Assembly (NCBI GenBank): GCA_024679065.1
Contig: JAGIQG010000006.1
Span: 68,386,001-68,450,000, forward strand
DNA: 64,000 nucleotides
Direction of reading: 5' to 3'
Source: Sphyrna mokarran
Taxonomy: Eukaryota
Shown: one piece after another, positions 1 through 12,696 of the stretch
Layout: the number at the start of each line of letters is the position of its first letter
Position numbering within the stretch: the stretch's first letter is position 1
Made by a program: the position numbers and the translations under genes
Notes under the pieces: model-generated
The model's database searches: none
Told to the model about the DNA's origin: nothing
The model's input: only the letters and a program-made list of their open reading frames with translations

Positions 1-155
1 AGCTAACAAATGAATGAGGATTTCAGCAGTAAATATGCTGAGGCAACAGCAAAATTGGGTGATAGTGCAGAGGTAGAATTTGGCGACCTTAGTGATGGCA
101 CAAATATAAGGTCAGATGCTCATCTCAGGATCAAATGATACAAAGCTTGCAAACT
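1..155 (-). mobile_element. L2 LINE ORF2 (RT thumb region) fragment, old
   Basis: Reverse strand resembles the L2 segment 'LGVLFDPEMSF.PHI..ITK.A.FHL..IA.L.PCLS...AE.LIHA' in decayed form; runs off the window start. Confidence 0.6.
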
Positions 156-159
156 TGAT

Positions 160-720
160 CATTACCTGTAAAATTAATTTTATCCAAATATTACAATTGA
201 GCGTGAACTCTTAATGCATTAATTCATACTTTTCTGTATATACCTGCTGGGTGCCACTCATTCCTCCAGTCTATTTATACCTTTTTGAAGTTTATCACTA
301 TCCTTCTTCCAGTTATGATTACTTCCAAGTTTTCTGTTATCCACAAATTGTAAAATTGTGCCTTGTACTCCCACGTCAAAATCATTAATAAAAATCAAGA
401 AAAGCAGGGAAGGTAAAATAACAGCTGCTGGAGAAGATCACATATATTCCTCTAGTCTGAAAAATAAGCTTTCACCACTACTGTCTGTTTCTTCTCTCAC
501 AGCCAGCTTCATACTCACACAGCAACTGCCCCTTTTATTTCATTGGTTTCAGCTTTGCTGGCAGGATTTTAATGTGGCACTTTACTACATTTTGGCCTTT
601 TAGAAATCCATATACACCACATCAGCTGCATTACCCTCAATAATACTTTCTGTAACCTCAGCAAAAAAACTTAATGTAATTAGTTAAATATAACTTCAGG
701 TTTTCCTTGTTAATTCTAAA
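160..720 (-). mobile_element. Degenerate CR1 LINE RT fragment
   Basis: The reverse of 'ggccttttagaaatccatatacaccacatcagctgcattaccctc' reads EGNAADVVYMDF*KA, the CR1 'DVVYMDFQKAFD' motif. Confidence 0.7.
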
Positions 721-1858
721 ATCTAGTTAAAAGTGAAATAAATTGTTTTAGTTAAATAACATATTCTGGTCTTTTCTGTTTCTCAAATACTTTCTTCCAG
801 AGACAAGGTTCTTGACAACATAGACTCATATCTAACTAAGAGGACAATGTTGATCTGACATTATGACCTAATGGTTTAAAGAAGCATAATGAACTTCTTC
901 AAGAGATCCCACCTCCATTGATAAGAGCTTGTTTACTGCATTATTCTGCTCTGTAGGGATTCTATGTTTACTCTCTCTGAGATTTAAAACTAGTTGTAAA
1001 ATACAAATTTGAACCTTCTCACTTGGACCACAGCCTGCAAGTACACTTAAGGTGTTCCTTTGTCTAAAAATTATCAGGGTACAATTCCATTGACAACCTG
1101 ATTCCTTACAACATCTGTTGAACATACTCTGTATCTGTGTAGGATCTTTTGCACCCTCCTGTCCCTGACCCTGCCCCAGCCCCAGCCCCAGCCACCTAAG
1201 TCTGTGATAATCACTGATGTAATGTTTAAGGGCTGAAACAATTGGAACAGGTAAACTATTCCTAACATTATTTATATAGACCAGTTGAACTCATCATGTG
1301 TGATATCCCTGTCCTTATCTGATGTCCATACAAGCAAAGATTCTAGCATCCATACCTCAAAAGCAATCAGGAATAGGAGCACTTGCAGGGGTTTTTCAAC
1401 AGCCTAGCCTAGCTTTTTGGTTTTAGATACACTAGGTCAACTTGAGTGGGAATTTGCTCAAGGTTAGTGAGCACCGGACAAGTTTAGCACTCACATCACT
1501 TGATCCCGTCCAGATTAGTTAGTTCATATCAAGTTGGAAATCAAGCTTGAGTCCTTATTGGTTGCCATATTTTGGTTTCAGGCAGGTACACTGAAGTTAT
1601 CGGCAAAGACATTTGATTGCGAGTGTCACCTTTATTTTTTAAAGAATTTTTTCTAAATAAATATGACAATCTCTACTTAAGGTGTAATTGATTTATACTG
1701 ATCTCTATGTGACTGACTGATTGATTAAACCGGACAACAGAAGTTTAAGAGAAAATTGACTGAAAATATAAGCTTTATATATATAGTATTTAAATTAAGT
1801 ATTAATATCAATTTTATTAAAAGACAGAATGCTATAGTCAAACCTTGATGACATCATG

Positions 1859-1922
1859 GGTAGTTGAAACATATTAGACCTATTCAGACAAAGCCTGTTG
1901 CTGTTAACAAGGCAAATCATGT
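1859..1922. repeat. 64-bp direct repeat, copy 1
   Basis: ggtagttgaaacatattagacc...ggcaaatcatgt matches 3075-3138 at 61/64. Confidence 0.95.
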
Positions 1923-2104
1923 TCTGTACCATTACACACCCTCAAGCACTATTTCATTAAAGACATCACAGAATATCCCTTGCTGTTGAATGTGTTGAAA
2001 AATCTGTGTATACAAGGGAACACACTGAAAGTTTAAATAGAGAAAATTGTGCAGTCTAAATGTTTAAATGTACTAATTCTGTTTAAATGTTGATTGATGT
2101 CAAT

Positions 2105-2500
2105 AGCCTGAACATTTAGCCGTCGGCTGTGCACATTTGGTGGGCCAGGAAGCTGGTGCAAAACACGATTCCAGCTGTGGTCAGCCCCAGAAGGTGATTT
2201 CACACTGGCTGGCCAAATAATGGGCAGCCAGCAGGAAAGGCCTGCAATGAGTGATGTTGGAGAAGCAGGAGGAGGAAAGTGAAAGTGCAGGCTGGCTCTT
2301 CCAATATGCTTCCTCAGAAGTTAAGCCAATGGGGACCTGTCTCAGGAAGCTGCACAGCTGTAAAAAAATAAATAAACTGCAATGGAGAAATGCTGCAAAG
2401 AGCTTCTAGGTTGTACAGTCAAACACAAGCCTCCATGCCCAGGCAACTTCTAAAATTTTATTTCAATCCAGGTTGAAGCTAAAACATAAAAGCAGACAGG
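2105..2500. mobile_element. Fragment of a Harbinger-like non-autonomous element
   Basis: Starts 'agcctgaacattt', resembling the GGGCTG(A/G)ATTTT termini seen elsewhere in the window; GC-richer interior. Confidence 0.4.
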
Positions 2501-3074
2501 TCATGTAAAATAGTGTCAGTTGTCAATAATGCTTGGCTGTTGGCAAGTGTGCTTCTGAATCCCAACCAAATTGTTGCATCAGAGCATGGTGACATTGGGA
2601 TATACACCCAATGTCTTTTTGCACAATTTCATATGCTTCCAGACTGAACGCACATCTACATGCCTGAGCACCATAAAATTCTGGCCAATGTAATTTCATT
2701 GTTTGCAATGATTTTCAGCATTTCCCTGATTATCCTATTGCCACATTGTAAGTTTTGTAAGGGTGCTTCTTCTCAGGAAACTAACCAGTCCCTTCAGCGG
2801 GAGGTGATTTTGGACATCCAGGGCTTTATTTTTATGCTTCCATCCATGCTGGAATGGAGGCTGCTGATTTTAAAAATGGTGGGTTTGTCCAATTCTCTGA
2901 TTCCTGTCCCAATTGTCATCTTGTGTGATAAGAGTGCAAATAACAATCCTGCCCTTACCTTCCTCCATTGTGAACATCAACATTTCAGAGCCCCCTGAAA
3001 TATTGATGATGTTTGTTGAATTATTATAAAGGTATAATATTTTATGCTTATTTACTGCACCAGATACAGATCTT

Positions 3075-3138
3075 GGTAGTTGAAACATATCAGACCTATT
3101 CAGACAAAGCCTGCTGCTATTAACAAGGCAAATCATGT
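3075..3138. repeat. 64-bp direct repeat, copy 2
   Basis: Matches 1859-1922 with 3 transitions. Confidence 0.95.
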
Positions 3139-3139
3139 G

Positions 3140-3270
3140 CTCATTAGCGATTGGGTAAACATTTTATGGGTTCATTTATTAAGATGAGACACATGAGCAC
3201 AGTTATACACAGATATAAAACTTGACGGCATCAGAGTTGTATGTTGTGCTTAAAGCAAAAATGTAACTTA
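3140..3270 (-). mobile_element. Short LTR-like repeat fragment related to 5330-5490
   Basis: Shares 'atttattaaga...cacatgag..ca.ttataca...ataaa.cttga...atcagag.tgtatgt...aaagcaaaaatg' with 5340-5440. Confidence 0.45.
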
Positions 3271-3284
3271 GTCAAGTAACAGCA

Positions 3285-4246
3285 CTTGACTAAGTGCTGG
3301 ATGGACTTAAAATGGGAGTTTCAGATCCATCTTTTGGGCATGATTTTAGGCCCCCTCCATACATTCTCTGCCTGCAAAATTCTGAGTGAGCCTGTTGCTC
3401 ACTGCAGAAGCTTGTGGGTGGGGTTTAACACACCCGAAAGCCTGCAGAGGGAGGCAGTACACCTGTACAGCTGCTGATGCTGCACATGTGCATTAGCAGT
3501 AGCAGGGCTCTGACAGGAAAGAGAGAGCTATCAGACCCCTCCTACTGCAGGTAAAGTGAAGCAGCTCCTTCCTCTGCAATTGTGGGGCCTGCAACCAGAG
3601 ATAGAGCCCCCATTGACCATCCCCACTGCCCAAGATGATTATGGACCCCGCCCCTTCCCTCCAATCGTGGCCCAGCTGCACTCCCCCTACTGATCATTGC
3701 AGACTGGCAGTGGGCGCCACCTCAACTAGCCCTGCCCCACCGACCCCTCCTCCATTATCTCCCCCATTAGCACCACTTCTTGACATTGAAAACTGGTCAT
3801 TGCCCAGGTGCCGGTAGGCATTGCCCAGGAGCCAGGTTGGCATTGCCAGTCTGGCACTGCCCAGGGGGAATTCCCTTGCCATCAGCCTCCCTGGGATGCC
3901 TCAATGGCCCACTCCCATTCCATCCAAATTGACTGTTTCTCATTCATGGGGAGCACATCTATTCCTTACCAGTGAGAACCTTTCCTGGCGAGTTCATAAA
4001 AGGGAGTGAGCCAGGATGATAGAGCACTGGGCTCACTAAACGGATGTTAAACGTCATTTAAATAAATTTCCATAGAGTAAGCCATTTCTGGTGAGCATCT
4101 GACCACGACGAAAATCCAGCACTTGTAAAATGGTGCTGATCGTGAAAACCAGCACCAATCATGAAAACTGGCACCAATTGCTTTACCCCCACTTTATGAC
4201 TGTGTTGCACCTGAAAACAGGAACAATGCGATGGTAAACTCACCTC
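3285..4246. mobile_element. Harbinger-type non-autonomous DNA transposon, same family as 9203-10205, left end lost
   Basis: Collinear with 9230-10200, including an identical 34-mer (3474-3507 vs 9413-9446); right end 'gtaaactcacc' resembles the family TIR. Confidence 0.7.
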
Positions 4247-5089
4247 CTACATCTGGATCAATGACACACTTCCACTCTAATAACGTCATACTGATGTCAT
4301 ATCCCTTAAAGGCAAATCACGACATTCCTTTCCTTTTTAAAATTACTTTCCCACATTTTAAAGAAGCACACCGGCTACAAGGCATATTCCTGTTTAGTTA
4401 CCATTCCATTATGTAAGTAAATAAAACTCATGAATCTATAAGTTTCTAAAGCATGAAAGTAACCTGCTGGTAAGCCCAAATGTTGTGATGCTATCCTTGT
4501 CTAGTTCAGACATACCTGAATCAAGAACCCATACTTCTATATGTTGGTTGAACATGTTGAATTCAAACAGTATTTGGGATGAGTCAGTGCAACCACTTCT
4601 ATCTTATTTCTGAATTCTACCCATATACAAGTTGTGGTGGGAGCACACTGCAAAGTAATGGCAACTTTGTTAATTTATTTTTTGTTCAGCAACTCCTGAA
4701 GCTGCCTATTATAATTGCAAACTCCTCTGGCCCGATATATATTATGGTTTCTTTGTTTTTACTTGTTTGGCTCTCCCTTATTCACACTGAACCAGGTCAT
4801 ACCCTGGTCACTCACTTTTTCCAACTGAGCTAACCTGATGCTGTTCCTCATGTGCTGTTCAACTCATAGAACTGACAGCCTGGTGCTGCAATCTCATTGT
4901 GAAGGATCCATGTGTTTACAAGCTCTTTGCTTGAATGCCAGCTCAGCACTGTGTCTTCAAAGCATTTCTTCATAGTGACCATACTGCATTTTGAAAACTC
5001 CCCAATACTGCGACTTAATTGTCGTCAGACCAATGCGTTTAGGGTCTTCTCTTGCCACCAGAATGATCTAAGGCTGTTTTCCATGTCAT

Positions 5090-5200
5090 AGTTTTATTTG
5101 TTCATGAGATTTGGATATTATTGACTAGGCCAAAAATTATTGCCCATCTCTAATTGCCCTGACATGACAATGATGTACTAACTTCTTGAACTGCTTCTCT
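5090..5200 (-). mobile_element. 3' end of a CR1/L2-group LINE (same tail as 26040 and 54510)
   Basis: 'ttattgcccatctctaattgccctg...cttcttgaactgc' is the reverse of the shared tail. Confidence 0.6.
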
Positions 5201-6149
5201 CCACTTAACCTTGCTGTAACTTGCCTTACCATCTCTGATCACCATGCTGTCTGATGAAAATGATAGAATACTTTGGACTTATTTACTGTGCAAGACACAA
5301 AGCAACAATCGCTCATGTGGGATTAGATGAACACTTTGTGCTTATTTATTAAGACTTGGCACATGAGAACAATTATACATAAGTATAAAGCTTGAAGATA
5401 TCAGAGCTGTATGTGTGCTCTGTGCAAAGCAAAAATGAAACATAGATGAGAGAATATGACATATTTCCCTTCCCTCCTAGTGGCATCATGCTGATATCCC
5501 TAAATGGCATTTGGAACTGAAGCTTTTTCAGGAGACATGGGTCACATCTCCTCAGAGGTGAAAGTACCCTTCTGCATTCTAAGCTATGGAGAATCAAATA
5601 TTCAAGTGTGTAGGGAACACTATGGTTTGATATTCACATTTATTTAATACCCTGACATCATCTGAGCTTTGAGGCACTCTTCCCCACCCACTAAGAATAG
5701 CACAAATGTATTCAGCTGATTGCTAACTTCCTTGACAAGTTAGTTATTTGTTCAACCTACTTCGAAGGTTTCATTGCATTCAAAGAACCTTTATTGACAC
5801 AGCTAGGCAGTGGAATCTCATTTGAATTCTTGATTCATTTCCAAAACTGGATAATGGATTCAGCTCTACAATGGATTGGTTACATTGCTGTGAAAGGACT
5901 TTTCAGCTTTGTTAATTTACAGAATTATGAGATTTTAATAATTTTCCTCCTTTGCAGTAAGTTTTTAATGCCTATTTGTTTATTTGAACAAAAATAACTT
6001 GTTTTAAGAGCGGTAAAACTTAATTCCATGGCTGTATGATTGGTTGTGTTTGATAGTTTTCTGAGTGCTGGGAGAATTATGTTTCTTAAGTTGTTTATAA
6101 ATGCACGTTTGTTTATTGTGAAAAGTTCATGAGTATTTCAAAAACCTGG

Positions 6150-6563
6150 CAATGTTATTATAGAGTTCATTTGTGCTATACCCAGTGGTTTGAAAGGGGT
6201 AGAGTTAGCATGGATTGGGTGTGGATAGTATGTAAAAACACGAGGCATATGGAGGATATAGAGAGGATATAAAGTGGGCATGAGTGTGCATTGAGGAGTG
6301 AGGGTTACCGGCTCAACAAATGTTGAAACCTAACAAATGTCTCAGCAGACAAAAGTGAAGGTTCAACCTGCATGCTTCAGCATTTGCCCCACTCCATTGT
6401 CACCATGGGTCGACTTCAGGAGACGATTGGCCCATCTCCAACCAGTGGGTGCCTCCTTAAAATGAAAAGAAGACGGGAAGACTCTATTAGGATGAATATG
6501 GAATCTCGGAATCAGGAGAATTTCTGATTCCTAATTCCTACCTTAAAGAAGAAAAGTCAGCCT
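6150..6563. mobile_element. Right-end fragment of a Harbinger-like TIR element (related to 46200-46640)
   Basis: Ends 'aaaagtcagcc'; GT/GA-rich interior like 46250-46640, which ends 'aaaatccagcc'. Confidence 0.45.
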
Positions 6564-9202
6564 TGGGGTCCAAACGTAAGTGAGACATGATTATTGCAGT
6601 CTAATAGTGGATATCTGGAAGAGGATAATAAGTCCTCTCATCTTTCCCTGCAAACAGTGCTGGTTGGCACTTACCTGTTCCAAGTCTTGTCACCAACCAG
6701 CTTTCCTGAGTCCTGGGAAACCACTGAAACAGAAAAAATATGTGAAATAGGCTGTATTACAGGCCCAACTCGGTAGAATAGCTTTAACATCTGTACCATT
6801 AACCATCTGTATTCTCATTAACACTGAAAAGTGGACTCATTGAGTTGGATTTACCATTTCTGAACATTTATCCACCCCCACCTCCTGGAGTTTAAAATTC
6901 CTCTAGTTGATTGTGAACATCAATATTCCTAAATAAAAATCATTGCTCACAGCATTTGTCACATCAGTCAATGTGTTATCCAAATGGAGTTCATTTTTAC
7001 TTAGCAGGACAAAGATTAGTAAAGTGCAGTCTGTTCCCAAAGGGTATATTGTAAGTACATTAGAGAAACCTATTGGGGTTTGCACCCCTATTTGCACTCA
7101 TTTCTCTTACATGACTAAATCTGAGCTGCTCTCAAAGTGCTGTAATCTAGAAATTACTTCTCGTTCAAGGTCCAAAGATATTGCACAATGCAGTTGATTC
7201 GCTATTATGTGACAAACAAAAGAAAAAAGATTGCTGAGGGAAAATGTCAAATTTAAATTTTTTTTACTTTAAAACAGTGCGTTAAGAGTAATAATGTCAA
7301 CATTTTCAGTGGTCTTGGGTGTGAAAACATTACATTCATACAGTTAGAGAAAGGCCAAGACCCATTAGTTATACGGTCATATTCCTCAAACCACCATATG
7401 TTTTGTTCAGGACGCAATTGTACAGGCTGGCACACACAAAACTGAGAGTCAAACAGAAGACTTGTGCCTTTGTGCTGTAACACAGTAGCTAGCACATCCT
7501 TCAAGTCAGTGATATTGTAAGGATGCAATGTTTTAATATATTTTGTTTGATAATATCACATCACTTTTTTTTACAAATATATATTCCTTACTTTTCATTT
7601 AAAATTCATCGTGTGTCTCATATTTATAAAATTAAAATAATCTGTACATTGAACAAATGTAATATTGTATTGTAAAATACATTTCAATAGATATTGCACT
7701 AATAGCTGGAGCTGTCATCACATGGGCATTTGCTCAGCAGGGAGGCATAAACATTACTGACAGCCAGTATTTTGTTAAGGGACAGTAATTTCATTTAAAC
7801 GTCTGTCAGTTCTCAGGGATGCATGGAGATGAATAGACTCTAAACAATAGCCGCATTTGTCACACCACCGGCTTCCCTAATACTCGATGGGACAATCAGG
7901 CTAAACCATGCTGAATACAAAGGCATAATTAATCAAACGGACAAATGGCACAAATTGTTCTAGTGTGCATTATAGTGGTCTGGGATTTCCATGGAAACAC
8001 TGGCTTCAGCATCTACGTTAATGACCACTGTTTCTAATCAAGTGCAAAACATAGTGAGTGGAGCTGTCAGGTAGAATCATGTAACAGTTTTTGAATTGTG
8101 TCCCACTATTAAAGCTTTCCTTTTGACAAGATAATACTTGGCATAATCTTTTCAACACCGTATTTTAAATAAATTATAAATTAATACATATGTCAACGTA
8201 AAATATTATAAGATTAATAGATAACATGTATTGTCTAAATATGTCATCATTCGTTTTCTTTTATAATTATATTTGTAACAACTTTGTAAGATTCCATAAA
8301 TCCATGACTAAGCATTGTGAAAATAGTTATACAATGTTAAAATTATTAAAAGTAGTAGTATCATACATTAATTCGCATTACATTTTGCTCATTTGCAGTA
8401 GTAGATTTTGATTAAGCTCATATACAAATTACCTACAGTCCAAGGCAAAGCAATTTTCAGTGGTAAAATTCACAGCTCACTTTGCCTCTCCTACTTTATC
8501 AAAAACAACAGATATAGGTGGGCATGACAGATGCTGTATCACCACATCCCAGCTGCAAAACTGCAGAAAGCCACTGAAAAGATGAACAGGTTAAAATTAA
8601 AAATCAATCAGAAATGTATTTCTTATATGGTGCATGGATTAACAGCTGATGAACCTTTCATGTTTATGACAGCAATCACACAGTGAACTCAGCTTGTACT
8701 TTTGAGTGCATTTAAGATTAATTCTGATTAGATCAAATCCCACGAAAGGTTAAAGAATTTCCATCCGCAAAAGTACTGTTGGGCACTGTATCGCAAGATT
8801 TCTACCTACTATATGAACACAGTCCAAATTAATTCCCGATTGAAATGTTGACACCCACATTTTGTTGCCATCAGTTTAAAGTCAAATATCCACCGCCCTT
8901 CCCACACACACAATAGTTATTAAAAAAGAGCAACACAATATGGTCTGTCTGGCTGCAAGTCAACATTTTAACAGATTTGTTTTACCAGTTAGCATTGGAA
9001 AAACTATCAGTTGCTAGTGATTTACATTAGTAGCCTTAAGCGAGATTTGATTTTATTGGGAATCCTATACAATTTGTGAATGATTGATAATGTTTTTAGT
9101 CAACAGCAAAATTGTGAATTTCAGGGCTTTATGCAGGTTTTAAATCATGCACTGTTGGCTCTGGGCAGTCAGGATCTCAAATACGTTGCAAAGGAACATT
9201 AA

Positions 9203-10205
9203 GGGTGAAATTTTACAAGATTTTTTTCTAAGTGTCTGGCAGGTGTGAAACTGGGAGAGTTTCAGATCCATTTTTTGGGCATGTTTTCCGGCCCAAGCTT
9301 ATGCATTCTGTCTCTGGAATTTTGGACTACTTTTTTTCAGCCATAGAAGCAATGGGCAGAATTTAACTCACCAGGTAGCCTGTAGAGGGAGGTATTGTGC
9401 ATGTGCAGACCTCTGATGCTGCACATGTGCATTAGCAGTAGCAGGGTCTGACAAAGACAGAACTGTCAGGCCCCTGCTACTGCAGGCAGCCTCAAATAGC
9501 TCCCCCCACACAATCACAGGGGCTCGTGGTCCAAGATTCGACCCTCATTGAGCCCCCCACTACCCAGAGCTGATTGCGGGCCCCTGCTTTCCCTCACCAA
9601 TCGTGGACCTCCTTCCTCCCTCACCTATTGTGGATATCCTTCCTTCTTCACCAATCATGGACCCCGTCCTTCCCTCATTGATCATGAATCCCTTCTCTCC
9701 CTCCCCCACTGATTGCATGCAGCATGACAGTGGGTCCCCCCACAGGCCCACCTCCCACAGATCCAGCCCCTATTATCCCCACCCCTGTTGGGCCCATCCC
9801 TGACACTGCTTGGCGGGCATTGCCAAGGTGCCAGGGTGGCACTGCCAGTCCAATACTGCCTAAGGGACACATCTGCTTTGCACCTATTCTCCCCAAGTGG
9901 CCTCAATGGCCTCCTGGTTCCACTGTTGAGGTCAACATGACTGTTCCTCATTCATGGGGAACAGCTGTTTTATTCTCCGGAGAGAACCTGGATGATTGAA
10001 TGCCGGGCTTGCAAAACACATTTTAATAAATATTTAAATACATTAACCAGTCTCTCACTCATTTCCAGTGAGAGGCTGAAACCTGGCTGCCATAAAACCC
10101 CGTTCATCGCAAAAACTGGCGCCATTTGTGCCAGCTGTATTACGCCTGATTTTATGACATTTACCAGAGGCAAAACGGGCATAAAGTGGCTGTAAAATCT
10201 ATCCT
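9203..10205. mobile_element. Apparently complete ~1-kb Harbinger-type MITE
   Basis: Imperfect 15-bp TIRs: gggtgaaattttaca (9203-9217) and tgtaaaatctatcct (10191-10205). Preceded by TAA. Non-coding interior with ~25-bp C-rich subrepeats (9570-9720). Confidence 0.75.
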
Positions 10206-10599
10206 CAGTATCACCATATATCAAGAGCATCTACTTAATTATTAGTAAATGGAAAAGCATGAATAAAAATTATTGTAAATTACTTAAGTTTGGATTGCCT
10301 CTTCTCGAAAACAATTGCCTTTTTTTCATGGTGTTATACGTTGCTTTAATTTAATTACAATAATTGATGCTACATCTGATGCATGTATATGAAGCTGGAT
10401 TCCAGAAAATAAGCGTTAAAGAAATTTCAAAGTGTCAACTTCAGGCTTAGAGTCCAACTGTTGTAACCTGTATCTATTTAGTACTTCTAATATAAAAGAA
10501 TGACCAAAGGAATTCATCAGAGAGTAATCAGACTAATATTAACATTGTGTTAAAATAGGCAGTTACTTCTTCTGTATTAATTTCAATGTAGAGTATTAA

Positions 10600-11108
10600 A
10601 TTCACGGAACCATCGAGCTGTAGAGTAATTTGGGACAAGGTTAATGGTCACATGGAATAAATGTGGGTTAATTAAGGAATGCAACTGGCACAAATGGCGC
10701 CAGTTTTTCTTAAAGGAAAGTCAACTTGCCTGAGTTTTTTGAGTCGGTTGATGAGGGCAAAACTGTTGATGTGGTGTACATGGACTTCCAAAAAGGGTCT
10801 GATACAGGGTCACACAATGGATTTGTGAGCAAAATCAATAGCTTATGGAAATATGGGGAGAGTAGCAACATGGGTAGCGAACTGGATGGGTGCCAGGAAA
10901 CAGAGAATAGCGATTAATGGGTGTTTTTTGGGCTAGAGGAAAGTTTATAGGGGAGCACTTTTGGGATCCTTCTTTTACTTGATTTCTCTTAATGACCTAG
11001 ACCTTGGTATACAAGACACAATTTCAAAGTTTCTGTATGGTACAAAGCTTAGAAGCTGTGAAGAGGATTGTGTAGAAATTAAAAAAAAAATCTTAGACAA
11101 GTTGCCGG
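10600..11108 (+). mobile_element. CR1 LINE RT fragment, left part, interrupted by a solo LTR
   Basis: ORF 10726 reads 'EFFESVDEGKTVDVVYMDFQKG'; continues through 'aatgacctagac' to 'tagacaagttg'. Confidence 0.85.
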
Positions 11109-11947
11109 TGTGGAAGGGAATTTCTAACTAGTGAAGATTTATAGGCGGAATGCAATCTTTCAAAGGACAAGAAATCAGCAAAGAGTTAAATGAATCCTGG
11201 ACAAATTAACATAAACAGCTTGCACATATATGAAGGCAGTAAATGAGTCGAAACAAATAGTTATGATTTTTAAAAATATATGTTGGTATTTTAAATGTAT
11301 TTTAATGCATTTAGCCAAGAATGATAGTAAAAGTCATTCCCTTAAAACCAAAGGTTCTGGGAATAGGTCAGTCAGCAAGTCTTATTAGGTGGCATTCCTA
11401 AAAGGGTACATATTATTCAACATTATGAATAGATGTATTCGTTGCCCAGATATGAACCTGGACATGGGAACATATTTATTCAACTTGGCAGTGAGCTGGT
11501 GGGAACATCCATTTTGACCTTGTGGTAATGTCTGCCATCACCAAGCAACAGGGAGTTAGTGCCAAGAGAGGAGATTACGTCCAGAATCATTTGGACGAAT
11601 AAGATGTCACCATTCTATTAGGTATCTTATTGTTGGCTGAAGTACTTGTCAGAGATTTGTATTGATGTATAACTGTTAAATGGAATTGATTTTAAGCTAA
11701 TGAAAGGTGGAATTATTGATTAAGGAAAAATATAATTGATTTGAACTGTAATTCAGTTCTTCTGGTGAAGTTCTGTAGATCTGCCTGTAGAGCTGTTTAA
11801 CTCTTTGTGAGGTTCTGGTTGGCTGTATGTTTGTACTGCCTTGTGTTTTAATGTTTCATGTTAAATAAATTCATTACGTCTTTTGCATAGAGATATTTGT
11901 CTTAGGTACAGACACAATTGTCTACCTCTTGAAATTTCCCCACAACA
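11109..11947 (+). mobile_element. Solo LTR inserted in CR1
   Basis: TG...CA ends with imperfect inverted termini (tgtggaagggaatttc / gaaatttccccacaaca); AATAAA near 11864; CR1 sequence resumes in register at 11948. Confidence 0.7.
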
Positions 11948-12210
11948 GTGGAATGGCAGAGGTGACAGATGAAGTTCAATGTGGAGAAATGTGAAGTGAT
12001 ACATTTTGATAGAAAGAACACGGAGAGACAATATAAAACACAGCTGAGGGCACTCATGTGGGAGCAGGATCAGAGTGATCTGGGTATACATTTGCATAGG
12101 TCATCGAAGGTGGAAGAACAGGTTAGAGAGTGGTTAATAAAGCACAGGGTATCCTAGCCTTCATTAATAGGGACATAAAACAGGACAGCAAAGATGTTGG
12201 GCAAAACATT
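11948..12210 (+). mobile_element. CR1 LINE RT fragment, right part
   Basis: ORF 11969 reads 'MKFNVEKCEVIHF...DLGIHLHRSSKV'. Confidence 0.85.
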
Positions 12211-12696
12211 ACAAAAAAAAATTCTAATTGCTGAACAAGTATGAAAATAGGAGAGAATCAGACTTTTTTTGGGTGAGCTCCAAGTTGCAATCTTCTTGCT
12301 AGTGGGGAAACGGGGGATGGAGCCTAATATCATTGAAGTTAGCTGCTGAGCGTTTGGGGTGCAATTGCTCAGATGCCCTGATCTCTCAGTGAACCGGGAG
12401 ATCTCTTTCAATCACCCTACCTCCCTTTCCCACACCATGGGCACTGGGACACACTGCCAAACACTCCCTGTGCTGGTCTCACCCCCACACCTCTCTGGTA
12501 TCTCTGCCACATATCCATGTACCTTGCACTGTATGTCCAGCATCTTATGCCTGATAGACAACTCCAGAGCTCATCACCAGCCTGGGGTTCAGCATCTAGA
12601 TTCCCTCCAACATTCTTCTAACTGCCAGAGTTCTGCACTATCCCAGTTTCACAGCTGGTCTTGTGACTGTTACTGATGATCCTACTGGACATCTGG

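Noticed and set aside
9560-10230. Cluster of overlapping Pro/Gly-rich ORFs
   Set aside because: A by-product of C-rich subrepeats inside a MITE; the same applies at 3493-4009, 23073-23623 and 31360-32017.
12400-12690. Possible Penelope Cys-linker/GIY-YIG remnant
   Set aside because: Only a vague 'TYPC...C' similarity; insufficient support.
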